Shown: in pieces, positions 45,108-55,839 of the stretch
Numbering within the stretch: the stretch's first letter is position 1
Layout: each line of letters starts with the position of its first letter
NCBI GenBank assembly: GCA_049433545.1
Contig: JBMTEY010000002.1
Span: 1 to 55,839, forward strand
Direction: 5' to 3'
From: Burkholderiales bacterium
Lineage (GTDB): Bacteria; Pseudomonadota; Gammaproteobacteria; Burkholderiales; SG8-41
Length of the DNA: 55,839 nucleotides
Translations under genes and position numbers: made by a program
The notes under the pieces: generated by a model
Database searches by the model: none
What the model saw: only the letters and a program-made list of their open reading frames with translations
What the model was told of the DNA's origin: nothing

Positions 45108-45468
45108 AACCCCGCTTCCGCCGATCCCGGCAAAACGTTATTTCACGATCGGTGAAGTGAGCGAGCTGTGCGGCGTGAAGCCGCACGTGCTCCGGTATTG
45201 GGAGCAGGAGTTCACGCAACTCCGTCCCGTCAAGCGGCGCGGCAACCGGCGCTACTACCAGCATCACGAAGTATTGCTGATCCGTCGCATCCGCGAACTG
45301 CTCTACGATCAGGGGTTCACCATCAGTGGCGCACGCAATCGGCTGGATGAACTGGCCAACGAGCCCGCGCGCGTGTCGCGCAGCCATGCAGCGGCGACGG
45401 CAAGCAGGCCCGCGCTTGCCCAGTTGCGGCAGGATCTCAAAAGCGTCATCGACCAGCTGCGAACCTGA
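45085..45468 (+). CDS. MerR-family HTH regulator (the conserved ihfA neighbour)
   Basis: [29 protein letters not shown]...RGNRRYY. Confidence 0.92.
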   Translation: MEASGSHKTPLPPIPAKRYFTIGEVSELCGVKPHVLRYWEQEFTQLRPVKRRGNRRYYQHHEVLLIRRIRELLYDQGFTISGARNRLDELANEPARVSRSHAAATASRPALAQLRQDLKSVIDQLRT

Positions 45469-45511
45469 ACACAGGTCTGCAGTAAATCCTGCTGTTGTAT
45501 AATCGCGCGCT

Positions 45512-45588
45512 CGGGGCGTAGCGCAGCCTGGTAGCGTACCTGCATGGGGTGCAGGTGGTCGCAGGTTCAAATCCTGCCGCCCCGACCA
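45512..45588 (+). tRNA. tRNA-Pro (GGG)
   Basis: CGGGGCG acceptor, anticodon arm CCTGC-ATGGGGT-GCAGG, GGTTCAAATCC, CCA end; TATAAT at 45498-45503. Confidence 0.97.
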
Positions 45589-45646
45589 CGAATTCCGGCA
45601 CCTGAGCAGACGAGCCAGGTGCCGTTTCCACAACACAGAATCCACG

Positions 45647-46471
45647 ATGAGTTCGTCATTCCGTGCGGCGTGCCTGCAGCTCAACAGCGGCAGCGATCTT
45701 CCCGCCAATCTCGCAATACTGAAACGCATGGTTGCAGAAGCCGCCGCGGGTGGCGCGCAACTGGTGCTTACGCCCGAATACAGCCTGATGATGGACGGCA
45801 GCGGCAGGGTGATGCGCGAAGGTGCACTGGACACTGATGGCGGGCCCGTGTTGCAGGAACTGCAGCAACTCGCGCGGCAGAACGGAGTGTGGTTGCTGAT
45901 AGGTTCCCTGACGCTGAAGATCGGCGAAGAGCGCATCGTCAACCGCTCATTCCTGATCACTGCGGACGGCACGGTAGCGGCGACCTACGACAAGATACAC
46001 ATGTTCGATGTCACCTTGCCCGACGGTAAGGTCATCCACGAATCGTCATCGTACCGGCCCGGCGAACATGCGGTAATTGCCGCTACGCCGTGGGGCAAAC
46101 TGGGTATGACCGTTTGTTATGACGTACGTTTTCCGCAACTCTACCGTGCGCTGGCGCAACAGGGCGCGGAATTCCTGTCGGTGCCTTCGTCGTTCCAGCG
46201 CCAGACCGGCAAGGCGCACTGGCACACCCTGCTGAAGGCGAGGGCCATCGAAAATGCCGCCTATGTTCTGGCGCCGGCGATGTGCGGCGAACACCCGGGG
46301 AACCGCCAGACCTACGGCCATGCGCTGATCGTCGATCCCTGGGGCGAGGTTCTGGCCGACGGCGGCGAAGAACCGGGGATCATCTATGCCGACATCGATC
46401 CGGCGCGGGTGGCAAAAATCCGCGGCATGATGCCCTCGTTGCAGCATGACCGGCCGTTTACTTTAAAATAA
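45647..46471 (+). CDS. Carbon-nitrogen hydrolase family (Nit1-like amidase)
   Basis: Triad motifs TPEY / YDKIHMFD / VCYDVRFP; ARAIEN, TYGHA. Confidence 0.9.
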   Translation: MSSSFRAACLQLNSGSDLPANLAILKRMVAEAAAGGAQLVLTPEYSLMMDGSGRVMREGALDTDGGPVLQELQQLARQNGVWLLIGSLTLKIGEERIVNRSFLITADGTVAATYDKIHMFDVTLPDGKVIHESSSYRPGEHAVIAATPWGKLGMTVCYDVRFPQLYRALAQQGAEFLSVPSSFQRQTGKAHWHTLLKARAIENAAYVLAPAMCGEHPGNRQTYGHALIVDPWGEVLADGGEEPGIIYADIDPARVAKIRGMMPSLQHDRPFTLK

Positions 46472-46566
46472 ATTAAATAAAACAGATACTTGCATCTGTT
46501 TCATGATGCAATCTCAAGCATCTGTCATTATGCTGGCATTCATGACAGGAGCTTGCAGGGGAGGGC

Positions 46567-47178
46567 ATGACTGCAGCAGATCGGGCAAACAAGGGTGTGG
46601 TGCTGCCGGCGATCGGGACCTTTCCCCCGCGTCGCGATTACGGCTTGCTGTGGGGGCCGGCCCTGCGCATTCTTGTCCGCATGGGCTGGTCGGCCGAAGG
46701 TGTCATCCCGGATTGCGCGCGTGTCGTGGTCGCTGTTGCGCCGCACTCGAGCAACTGGGATTTCGTGGTCGGTGCGGCGATGATGGTCGCTCTGGAGCTG
46801 CGCGTCTCCTTCATCGCCAAGCACACCCTGTTCAGCTGGCCTCTGGGATGGTTCATGCGCTGGCTCGGCGGCATACCGATAGACCGTGCGCGACCTGAAG
46901 GATTTGCCGAGCAGATGATCGGCGTTTTCGGAAGCGGTGAACCGTTGTGGCTGGCCGTAGCACCGGAAGGTACGCGCAAGGCAGGGGCACCTTTCAAATC
47001 GGGCTTCTACCGGATCGCGCAGGCAGCGCAGGTGCCCATCCTTCCCGTGTATTTCAATCACCGGCGCCGGGTGATCGGGTTTCTGCCGCTGATCGAACCT
47101 GTTGCCGATACCGCGGCAGGCATCAGGCAGGTGCGCGATCTGCTGCTGTTGCACGGCGCGCGCAGGGAACGGGCCTGA
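46567..47178 (+). CDS. PlsC-family acyltransferase
   Basis: PHSSNWD (HX4D), GGIPIDR, APEGTR. Confidence 0.88.
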   Translation: MTAADRANKGVVLPAIGTFPPRRDYGLLWGPALRILVRMGWSAEGVIPDCARVVVAVAPHSSNWDFVVGAAMMVALELRVSFIAKHTLFSWPLGWFMRWLGGIPIDRARPEGFAEQMIGVFGSGEPLWLAVAPEGTRKAGAPFKSGFYRIAQAAQVPILPVYFNHRRRVIGFLPLIEPVADTAAGIRQVRDLLLLHGARRERA

Positions 47179-47181
47179 TCC

Positions 47182-48348
47182 TCAGTAGGACTTCGGCAGC
47201 CCCAGCACCCGTTCGGCGATATGGCAGAGGATCAGCTGCGAACTCACTGGAGCGATGCGTGGAATCATGGACTCGCGGAAATAACGCTCGACGTGGAATT
47301 CCCTGGCGTACCCCATGCCGCCGTGGGTCAGCACGGCCGTTTCGCAGGCTTTGAAACCCGCCTCGCCTGCAAAATACTTGGCGGCGTTTGCTTCGGCGCC
47401 GCAGGGCTTGCCCGCATCATAAAGACTTGCAGCCTTGTAAGTCAGCAGGCGTGCCGCTTCGAGTTCGATCCAGCGCTGGGCCAGCGGATGCTGGATCGCC
47501 TGGTTCTGTCCGATCGGGCGATCGAATACCACGCGTTCTCCGGCATACTGCGCCGCGCGTTTCAGCGCAGCCGAACCCAGTCCCACGGCTTCCGCGGCGA
47601 CGAGGATGCGCTCAGGATTGAGTCCATCGAGCAGGTAGCGGAAGCCCTTGCCTTCTTCGCCGATGCGGTCAGCCGCTGGCACGCGCATTCCGTCGATGAA
47701 CACCTGGTTCGAATCGACGGCCTTGCGCCCCATTTTTTCGATTTCCCGCGCCTCAAAGCAGCTGCGGTCGATGTCGGCATAAAACAACGTCAGTCCATCG
47801 ATCGCGTTCTGCGTTTTGTCGATGGGGGTGGTGCGCGTGAGCAGCAGGATCTTGTTCGCCACTTGCGCGGTGGAAATCCAGATTTTCTGCCCGGAAATCA
47901 CGTAATCGCTGCCGTCGCGCACCGCTTTGGTGGTCAGCCGCGTGGTGTTGAGACCGGCGCCTGGCTCGGTGACACCGAAGCAGGCTTTGTCTTTGCCGGA
48001 GATCAACGGCGGCAGCCAGCGCGCCTGCTGTTCCGGTGTTGCGTACACCACCACCGGGTGCAGGCCGAAGATGTTCATGTGCACCGCAGATGCACCGGAA
48101 AATCCCGCCCCCGATTCGGCGATGGTTTCCATCAACAGCGCTGCTTCGGTGATGCCCAGTCCACTGCCGCCGAACTGTTCCGGCATGGCAATGCCTAGCC
48201 AGCCGTCAGCGGCTATGGCGGCGTGGAATTCGTGGGGGAATCCGCCGTCACGGTCCTTTTTCAGCCAGTATTCGGCATCAAAGCGGCTGCAGGTCCGTGC
48301 CACGGCGTCACGAATTGCGCGCTGATCCTCGTTGAGTTCGAAATTCAT
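47182..48348 (-). CDS. Acyl-CoA dehydrogenase
   Basis: FGVTEPGAG, GQKIWIS, RIGEEGKGF, HGGMGYAREFHVER; start reset to MNFELNEDQ. Confidence 0.93.
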   Translation of the reverse strand: MNFELNEDQRAIRDAVARTCSRFDAEYWLKKDRDGGFPHEFHAAIAADGWLGIAMPEQFGGSGLGITEAALLMETIAESGAGFSGASAVHMNIFGLHPVVVYATPEQQARWLPPLISGKDKACFGVTEPGAGLNTTRLTTKAVRDGSDYVISGQKIWISTAQVANKILLLTRTTPIDKTQNAIDGLTLFYADIDRSCFEAREIEKMGRKAVDSNQVFIDGMRVPAADRIGEEGKGFRYLLDGLNPERILVAAEAVGLGSAALKRAAQYAGERVVFDRPIGQNQAIQHPLAQRWIELEAARLLTYKAASLYDAGKPCGAEANAAKYFAGEAGFKACETAVLTHGGMGYAREFHVERYFRESMIPRIAPVSSQLILCHIAERVLGLPKSY

Positions 48349-48501
48349 GGCGGGTTTCGGGTAGGCAGCGTGGAGGATGCGTATCCTATCATCCGTACCG
48401 GGCGGTGACAGGGCTGCATGGTAAAATCCGCGCACCCTAACGGCTGTGAAACGTATCCGCTGCAGCATCAGCGGGAAACAATAAATTCAGCGGATTTCAG
48501 C

Positions 48502-49257
48502 GTGCGCATCCTGCTCAGCAACGACGACGGCTATTTCGCGCCGGGCCTCGCCGCCCTCGAGCAGGCGCTCTCCGCCGTCGGCACGGTTACCGTCGTTGCT
48601 CCGGAGCGTGATCGCAGCGGCGCCAGCAATTCGCTGACCCTGGACCGGCCGTTGACCGTGCGCAGGGCCGCCAGCGGTTATTACTACGTGAACGGCACGC
48701 CGACCGACTGCGTGCACATTGCCGTGACCGGACTGCTTCCGGAACTGCCCGACGTCGTCGTGTCCGGAATCAATGACGGCGCGAACATGGGCGACGACAC
48801 GATCTACTCGGGAACAGTGGCTGCCGCCACCGAAGGCTTTCTGCTGGGCATACCTTCCATCGCGGTATCGCTGGTTTCCGGGAAACCTGCGCATTTCTCC
48901 ACCGCGGGACGGGTTGCCGCCGAACTGGTGCGGCGTTTCCGGGAACATCGCGTCGACCAGCCGGTACTGCTCAACGTCAACGTGCCCGACGTGCCTTATG
49001 AGGCGTTGCGCGGGCGCCAGGTGACTCGCCTGGGCAAGCGCCACAAGGCAGAGCCAGTGGTGCAGGCGCAGACCCCGCGCGGCGAAACCGTGTACTGGAT
49101 AGGTGCCGCCGGCAGCGCCCAGGACGCCGGTGAAGGCACCGACTTTCATGCGGTGGCCGGCAACAGCGTGTCCCTGACGCCACTGCAGATGGATCTGACG
49201 CGTTTCGGGCAGATGGAACTCGTAGGAAGCTGGCTGAACAGGCCGCAAACGGCATGA
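48502..49257 (+). CDS. surE: 5'/3'-nucleotidase SurE
   Basis: [43 protein letters not shown]. Confidence 0.96.
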   Translation: MRILLSNDDGYFAPGLAALEQALSAVGTVTVVAPERDRSGASNSLTLDRPLTVRRAASGYYYVNGTPTDCVHIAVTGLLPELPDVVVSGINDGANMGDDTIYSGTVAAATEGFLLGIPSIAVSLVSGKPAHFSTAGRVAAELVRRFREHRVDQPVLLNVNVPDVPYEALRGRQVTRLGKRHKAEPVVQAQTPRGETVYWIGAAGSAQDAGEGTDFHAVAGNSVSLTPLQMDLTRFGQMELVGSWLNRPQTA

Positions 49258-49913
49258 GCGCAGCCCATTCCGGCATCGGCATGACCTCTCAGCGCACGCG
49301 GATGCGCATGGTCGAGCGCCTGCGCGGGCAGGGGATACGCGACGAAGTGATACTGGGCGCCATTGGCGAGGTGCCGCGGCACATTTTTGTCGATGAAGCG
49401 CTGGCCAGCCGGGCCTATGAGGACATCTCGCTGCCGCTGGGTTTCGGGCAGACCATTTCCAGTCCGTACACCGTTGCGCGCATGCTCGAACTGCTGCGCA
49501 GCGGGAGCGCGCTGGGCAAGGTGCTGGAAATCGGCACAGGCTGCGGCTACCAGGCGGCGGTGCTGTCGCGGCTGGCGAAAGAAGTGTACTCCCTGGAGCG
49601 GCTTGCGCCGTTACTGGGCAAGGCGCGCCGTCATTTGCGTGATGCGCGTGCGCACAATGTGCGCGTGCGCGTGGCCGACGGGCAGCTGGGCTGGCCTGAA
49701 CATGCGCCTTTTGACGGCATCGTCGTCGCGGCTGCAGGCACGCATGTGCCGCAGCCCTTGCTGGATCAACTGGCGGTGGGTGGTAAAATCATCATCCCTC
49801 TGACGCACCATGACAAGCAGGCGCTGCATGTCATCGAAAGAACCGCGCAAGGTTATGCCGATCGAAAAGTGGAAGACGCCAGGTTTGTGCCATTGCTCCC
49901 GGGGCTGGGTTAG
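49254..49913 (+). CDS. pcm: Protein-L-isoaspartate O-methyltransferase
   Basis: [30 protein letters not shown]. Confidence 0.96.
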   Translation: MSAAHSGIGMTSQRTRMRMVERLRGQGIRDEVILGAIGEVPRHIFVDEALASRAYEDISLPLGFGQTISSPYTVARMLELLRSGSALGKVLEIGTGCGYQAAVLSRLAKEVYSLERLAPLLGKARRHLRDARAHNVRVRVADGQLGWPEHAPFDGIVVAAAGTHVPQPLLDQLAVGGKIIIPLTHHDKQALHVIERTAQGYADRKVEDARFVPLLPGLG

Positions 49914-49920
49914 CGGCGGC

Positions 49921-50832
49921 GTGTCCGCTTCGAGCCTGTTGCGCGTTGCCGGCGTCGCCGTCGCTGCATCACTGCTTGCCGGCTGTGTCGCAACCCGTCC
50001 GGCACCAGTCGCCGATCGCCTGCCCGAATCCAGGCCTGCTGCGAAGCCGGCGCCATCCAAATCGCGCGCGGTTGCCGGCAAGGACCAGCAGCGTCCCGAG
50101 TTCTACACGGTCAGGACCGGGGATACTCTTTACAGCATCGCGCTGGAGTTCGGCCTGGATTACCGCGAACTTGCGGTCTGGAACGGCATAGATCCCGCGC
50201 GCCTGCGCGTAGGACAGCAATTGCGCCTTGCTCCGCCGCGCGGCGTGGTCGCCACGCCGTTGCGCGGACCGGCGGGTGCGGTGGAAGCCCAGCCGCTGGG
50301 CAGCAGCAGCGGGCGCGCTGTTGCCGGCGGCATCAGGACTGAACCGCGCGGCACCCGCGTTCCGTATACGGACCAGGCGTACGCCCAGATGGCGAATGCC
50401 AAGCCTGATGTAACCGCCGGCAAACCGGAGGTGCCGGCTGAGGGCGCAAGGCCCCGCGACGCCGATGACGTCGACTGGATCTGGCCAGTGACGGGCAAGA
50501 TCGTCGCACCGTTCAAGGATGCCTCTAGCAAGGGCATCGGCATTGCCGGGAAAATGGGGCAGCCCGTGGTTGCTGCCGGTTCCGGCCGTGTCATCTTTAG
50601 CGGTACCGGCATCCGTGGACTGGGCAAGCTGATCGTCATCAAGCACAACGAAAAATTTCTGAGCGTGTACGCCCACAATCGTGAACTGATGGTCAAGGAA
50701 GGGCAGAGCGTAGCCCGCGGACAGAAGATTGCGGAGATGGGCAATACCGACTCCGACCAGGTCAAGCTGCATTTCGAAATTCGCCGGCTGGGCAAGCCGG
50801 TTGATCCCGCGGAGTTGCTACCGCCGGCGTGA
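49921..50832 (+). CDS. nlpD: LysM/M23 lipoprotein NlpD
   Basis: Lipobox LLAGC, LysM YTVRTGDTLYSIA, M23-like YAHN...LHFEIR; start approximate. Confidence 0.9.
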   Translation: MSASSLLRVAGVAVAASLLAGCVATRPAPVADRLPESRPAAKPAPSKSRAVAGKDQQRPEFYTVRTGDTLYSIALEFGLDYRELAVWNGIDPARLRVGQQLRLAPPRGVVATPLRGPAGAVEAQPLGSSSGRAVAGGIRTEPRGTRVPYTDQAYAQMANAKPDVTAGKPEVPAEGARPRDADDVDWIWPVTGKIVAPFKDASSKGIGIAGKMGQPVVAAGSGRVIFSGTGIRGLGKLIVIKHNEKFLSVYAHNRELMVKEGQSVARGQKIAEMGNTDSDQVKLHFEIRRLGKPVDPAELLPPA

Positions 50833-50884
50833 TTGTTCTGCGTCCGGTCGACGAAAGTCTATTAAGTTATTGTTTTTAAAAGTT

Positions 50885-52858
50885 TTATGCGGCGAAGCGG
50901 CGTATGCGTTGTTTCAGTTCGTGCAGCCCATCTGCCGTGGCCATCCTGCCGTAGCGCAAGCCGATGTAGAGATCCGTAATATCGCGGACATGGGGGGCCA
51001 GTTCAGGGCGCATGCGGCATGCGCGTTCGGCAAACCGGCGCGGTCCCTCGGCTTCACCGCGGCGCAGACCGCGACGAGCAAGCTTGCGGCAGAACCGGTC
51101 ATACGCCGCCCTGATTTCATCGTCGCGTGTCCGTCGCAGGTCGCGCAATGCGAAAGCCGCGCCGATCATAACCGCGATGCCGGCGCATATGACGAGGATC
51201 ACCGCCAGCGTCTGCCATGTCGCCTCGCTGAAACCGAGTCGCGACAGGAACATGCGCTGCCGCTCCGGGGAATATCCCAGCACCCACTGGTTCCAGGTGT
51301 AGGTTACCGAATCCCATGCCAGCCGCATCTGCTGCAGCATCGCGAAGTCGCCGCGCACGAACATTGGCAATGGATCGCTGCGCGGCAGCGCGGAGGCGAT
51401 GCCGCGTTCCACCCGGGCGGGTGATACTGCCGCCGTGGGATCAACCCTGACCCAACCGGCATCGGCCAGCCAGATCTCGGCCCACGCGTGTGCGTCGGCC
51501 TGGCGGACCAGGATATATTCCCCGACCGGATTTATCTGGCCGCCCTGGTACCCTGTAACCACTCGCGCGGGTATGCCGGCCGCACGCATCAGCACGGTGA
51601 ACGTCGATGCATAGTGTTCGCAGAAGCCGCGGCGGGTATCGAATAGGAATTCGTCGATGCCGTGTGTGCCGAGCAGAGGTGGCGACAGGGTGTAGACGAA
51701 ATTGTCGTTGCGGAAACGCCCCAGGACTTCGCCGACCAGTTGCCGGTCATCCTTGAATCTCCCGCGCAGCTCCTGCGCGTACCGCGCGGTGCGCGGGTTG
51801 TAACCTGCGGGCAGCTGCAGGTTGCGCTGCCGCACGGTTTCGTCTTCATGGATGCCATAGGCGGCCTGCAGTGAGGACCGCATGTCATAGCGCATGCGGT
51901 TTCGTACCGGCGTCGAGTTCAGCAGCTGCATGTCGCGAGTCACAAAGGAACGCGGCAGGCGGATTCCGGGAAACTCCAGTGCAAAAAGCCAGCGCTTGTT
52001 GTGAGGCTCCAGCGTCACGGTGTATTCCACCGGCGCGGCGTCGCCAGAGGGTAGGTCACCGGCCAGAAAGGTGTAGCGCGGGGCGGTCCATGTCGTGCCG
52101 TCGTAATCCCAGAGCACAGGGCCGCGCCAGTACAGTTCGCGGGCTTCGGGGATGCTGCTAACGAACGAGGCGCGAAAGGCGACGGAATCGGACAGGATCA
52201 GGTTGTTGAGACTGCCCGGGCTCATGGTGTCCGACAGCCCGCTCAACCCGGTATGCGAGTCGTGCGGCAGTCCCCACAGAGGGCCCTGGATGCGCGGAAA
52301 CAGCAGGAACAGCACCAGCATCAGCGGTATGGCCTGGACCAGCAGCAGGCCTGAACGCTTAACCGTGTAGCGCCAGCCCGGCGTATGTCCCGTGTACTGC
52401 AGGCTGATCAGGCCGGTGATCACCACCCAGGCACAGGCCATCATGTATACGGCGGTGGGGATGGTCTGCGAATACAGGAAATTGGTCACCAGCATGAAGC
52501 AACTGAGGAAACCGAGCAGCATGCCGTCGCGCTGATTGCGGGTTTCCAGCAGTTTCATTGCCAGCATGACCACCAGCAGTGCCACGCCGGCTTCGCGGCC
52601 GAACAGCGTGCGGTATTGCAGCAGGATGCCGACGGCTGCCGCCAGCGCCACCAGGATCAGCAGCCATTTGGGCGGTGCGATGCGTTCGGGACCCGTCAGG
52701 TACAGCCGCCACAGGAAGATGATGCCGACCAGTGAGCTGAGCCAGAGTGGCAGCCGCAGCAGGTGCGAAAGGCTGGCAAGCAGAAAACCTGCGGCCAGCC
52801 ACCAGGTCTGCGCCGGTGCCAGCAGCCTGGCGTTAAGCGTGGTCGGCAGTCTTGCCAT
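50885..52858 (-). CDS. TgpA-family membrane transglutaminase (DUF3488 + TGase + DUF4129)
   Basis: N-terminal TM region, LYWRG, GFCEHYA, AHAWAE, VDPT; start reset to MARLP. Confidence 0.9.
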   Translation of the reverse strand: MARLPTTLNARLLAPAQTWWLAAGFLLASLSHLLRLPLWLSSLVGIIFLWRLYLTGPERIAPPKWLLILVALAAAVGILLQYRTLFGREAGVALLVVMLAMKLLETRNQRDGMLLGFLSCFMLVTNFLYSQTIPTAVYMMACAWVVITGLISLQYTGHTPGWRYTVKRSGLLLVQAIPLMLVLFLLFPRIQGPLWGLPHDSHTGLSGLSDTMSPGSLNNLILSDSVAFRASFVSSIPEARELYWRGPVLWDYDGTTWTAPRYTFLAGDLPSGDAAPVEYTVTLEPHNKRWLFALEFPGIRLPRSFVTRDMQLLNSTPVRNRMRYDMRSSLQAAYGIHEDETVRQRNLQLPAGYNPRTARYAQELRGRFKDDRQLVGEVLGRFRNDNFVYTLSPPLLGTHGIDEFLFDTRRGFCEHYASTFTVLMRAAGIPARVVTGYQGGQINPVGEYILVRQADAHAWAEIWLADAGWVRVDPTAAVSPARVERGIASALPRSDPLPMFVRGDFAMLQQMRLAWDSVTYTWNQWVLGYSPERQRMFLSRLGFSEATWQTLAVILVICAGIAVMIGAAFALRDLRRTRDDEIRAAYDRFCRKLARRGLRRGEAEGPRRFAERACRMRPELAPHVRDITDLYIGLRYGRMATADGLHELKQRIRRFAA

Positions 52859-53801
52859 AAAGTGCCAGTGCGCGCAGGCATTCAGCACGGTGTGCGGGGC
52901 CGGTGGCGGGGGCAACCGTGGTACCTGGAAGGCGCAGTCCGTAAACCAGGTTCCGCGCGTCCGCATCGATCACCCAGCGCGCAAGGTGCGCCAGCCGCAT
53001 TTCGTTGCCCATCGCCGGGGGCAATTCATCCCACGGCAGCCAGAGCTCGGCATTGGCACGGCCTGCGAACTGCTTGGTCAGCAGCACCGAGTCACGGGCC
53101 ACTGCTTTCCACGCGATGTGGCGCAGGGAGTCCCCCGGCCGGTACGCGCGTAGTCCGGAGAATTCGTCCTGCCCGCGACCATGCGCGCCGCCGTCGCCGT
53201 CGCCGGCAGCCGTCGGCGGCAGCGCCAGTCCGGGTGTCGCAGGCGCAGGATAGACCAGGCATTGCATGTCGAGGTCGGCATAGGACCATGCACGAAACAG
53301 TCCGGCGGGAAAGCGGGTGAACAGTGTCAGGCGCCCGGGCCGCAACCAGCCGCGCCGGGCTGCCCTCACCGGCACGGTCGCCATGACTTCACCGCCGGCC
53401 GGGACATCGACGTAATCCGCAAACTGGTTGTCGCCGGTGACGCCGATGCTGTAGCGGTCGGCGCGCGTACTGTTGCTGATGTTGATGTGGAAGTGCGCCA
53501 GTTCACCAGCGAAAACCGGTGCCGTGCGACCGGGCGAAATGCGCAGGTGCGCGATGTTGCGGAAGGTGTGCAGCATGGACTGGATGCCGGTCGCTCCAAG
53601 CAGGAAGGACAGGATGAATCCGAGAGACAGGTCGTAATTGACTGATCCCAGCAGCATCAGCACGATGATGCCGCCGAACAGCAGGCCCTGCCGTGTCGGC
53701 AGTATGAACACGCGCCGCTGGACCAGCAGGATGGAGCCGCGCACGGGGCCCCGCCACTGGAAAATCCAGTCCAGCAGATTGTTCTTCAGTTCGCGGATCA
53801 A
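52833..53801 (-). CDS. DUF58 domain protein
   Basis: FILPTRQG, FPAGLFRAW, EFSGLRAYRPGDSLRHIAWK. Confidence 0.9.
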   Translation of the reverse strand: MIRELKNNLLDWIFQWRGPVRGSILLVQRRVFILPTRQGLLFGGIIVLMLLGSVNYDLSLGFILSFLLGATGIQSMLHTFRNIAHLRISPGRTAPVFAGELAHFHINISNSTRADRYSIGVTGDNQFADYVDVPAGGEVMATVPVRAARRGWLRPGRLTLFTRFPAGLFRAWSYADLDMQCLVYPAPATPGLALPPTAAGDGDGGAHGRGQDEFSGLRAYRPGDSLRHIAWKAVARDSVLLTKQFAGRANAELWLPWDELPPAMGNEMRLAHLARWVIDADARNLVYGLRLPGTTVAPATGPAHRAECLRALALYGKTADHA

Positions 53802-53824
53802 GGGCAGCCTGCTGAAATCGGCGA

Positions 53825-54742
<918 letters not shown>

Positions 54743-54889
54743 TTACGGGCTGGGCTTTCTGAAGAAATGCAAATTAGACAGGGAGATAGGCCGATTATAA
54801 GATGAAGCCTGCCAATGTCGGCCAATTCGCGGGATTGGCTGTCTGACGCGTAAGCAACGATCGGGTTCAATGCTTTTCACTGAATTGAC

Positions 54890-55456
54890 CAGCGTATGGC
54901 TCGCCTGATCGACGATCTGCTGGAGCTGGCGCGGGTGACCCGGCGTGATCTCAGCATCCGCGCCTGCGACCTGACGTCCATGGTGCGCGAAATTGCCCAG
55001 GATCTGCAGCGTGCCGAGCCGGAACGCAAAGTGAAATTCATCGTGGCGGAAGGCATGACGGTTATGGCAGATCCCGGGTTGATGAGGATCGCCATGGATA
55101 ACCTCATGCGCAATGCCTGGAAATTCACCGGACGGTGCGGCCAGGCGGTGATCTAGGTCGGCTGCACCGCTGGTGAGGGCGGGACAACTTATTTCGTGCG
55201 CGACAACGGCGTTGGTTTCGACATGGTTTATGCCGGCAAGCTGTTCGGCCCGTTCCAGCGCCTGCACAGCGAAGCCGAATTCCAAGGGACCGGCATCGGA
55301 CTGGCACTGGTGCAGCGGGTAATCCGCCGCCACGGCGGGGAAGTGCGGGCGGAAGCCGAAACGGAACGCGGTGCGACATTTTTCATCGAAATGCCACAGC
55401 ACGGCGCTGCGAGGGTAGGCGACGACAGCTTGCCCCGGGTCAGGGCGGCCACATAG
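54890..55456 (+). pseudogene. Truncated sensor histidine kinase (end of HisKA plus HATPase_c) with an internal stop
   Basis: QRMARLIDDLL...NLMRNAWKFT, in-frame TAG at 55154-56, then [25 protein letters not shown]; in-frame TGA at 54881 upstream, so no H-box or sensor domain. Confidence 0.82.
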
Positions 55457-55811
55457 CGGCCAGTACCCGTCGTTCTTCGGCAGCCAGGAAGTTGTAGGTC
55501 CGGCATGCTGCCGGAGTATCCATGATTTCCAGCCCGATGCGGGCCGCATACAGGGGCTGCAGGGCAGCCGGTTCGGGGAACTGCTGCGCAGCCCCGGTCC
55601 CCAGTATGATGATTTCCGGAGTGTGATCCAGCAGCCGCCGTACCGCCTCTGCGGTCAGCATGGCGATGCCGGAGACAGGCCAGTCGTCGACGATAGAGTC
55701 GACCGTGACCAGAAGCGGGGCCCGGTAGGCCGCGCCGTTGACGGCGACATAACCCGGACCGTGGCCGGTGAATATGTTGCGGTTTTTGGGGCTGGCCAGG
55801 TGCAGTTTCAT
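55440..55811 (-). CDS. Mth938-like (DUF498) protein
   Basis: [23 protein letters not shown]...EERRV. Confidence 0.9.
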   Translation of the reverse strand: MKLHLASPKNRNIFTGHGPGYVAVNGAAYRAPLLVTVDSIVDDWPVSGIAMLTAEAVRRLLDHTPEIIILGTGAAQQFPEPAALQPLYAARIGLEIMDTPAACRTYNFLAAEERRVLAAMWPP

Positions 55812-55839
55812 AACCCTATGATTTGCCGGTAATAATCAG

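Noticed and set aside
45512-45646. Integrative element at tRNA-Pro or tRNA-Val
   Set aside because: No integrase and no duplicated tRNA 3' end seen; only a GGCACCTG/CAGGTGCC hairpin follows tRNA-Pro.

Overview
A 55.8 kb GC-rich chromosomal segment, most likely from a betaproteobacterium (inferred from a Bug/TctC receptor, a CTGT-N8-ACAG LexA box and the thrS-infC-rpmI-rplT-pheST-ihfA-merR-tRNA-Pro block). In order it holds: (1) a ~10 kb molybdenum/tungsten cluster (moeA, ModE-HTH/PBP regulator, tupBCA, a FecCD-type permease + ATPase with no binding protein, modE, modABC, mobB, moaD, moaE); (2) a stress block (katG with an OxyR-type box, a short EncFtn-like ferritin with no encapsulin, umuDC with a LexA box); (3) metabolic genes (UxaA-family dehydratase, crcB, nnr, purL, NifU-like, gudD, ECH + CoA-transferase); (4) an Anbu-type operon (CP-ATP-grasp, alpha-E, Anbu protease, transglutaminase-DUF2126 fusion) with a candidate sigma-54 promoter and NtrC site, divergent from relA; (5) tRNA-Val, thrS with an attenuator-like leader, core translation genes and tRNA-Pro; (6) nitrilase, PlsC, ACAD, surE-pcm-nlpD with no rpoS after it, moxR-DUF58-TgpA, and a histidine kinase remnant. 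An AT-rich IHF-like 13-mer recurs about ten times, often at gene 3' ends. I saw no CRISPR array, rRNA, integrase or transposase. The best candidate for a poorly understood system is the putatively nitrogen-regulated Anbu operon. All calls come from reading motifs by eye; no database search was run.
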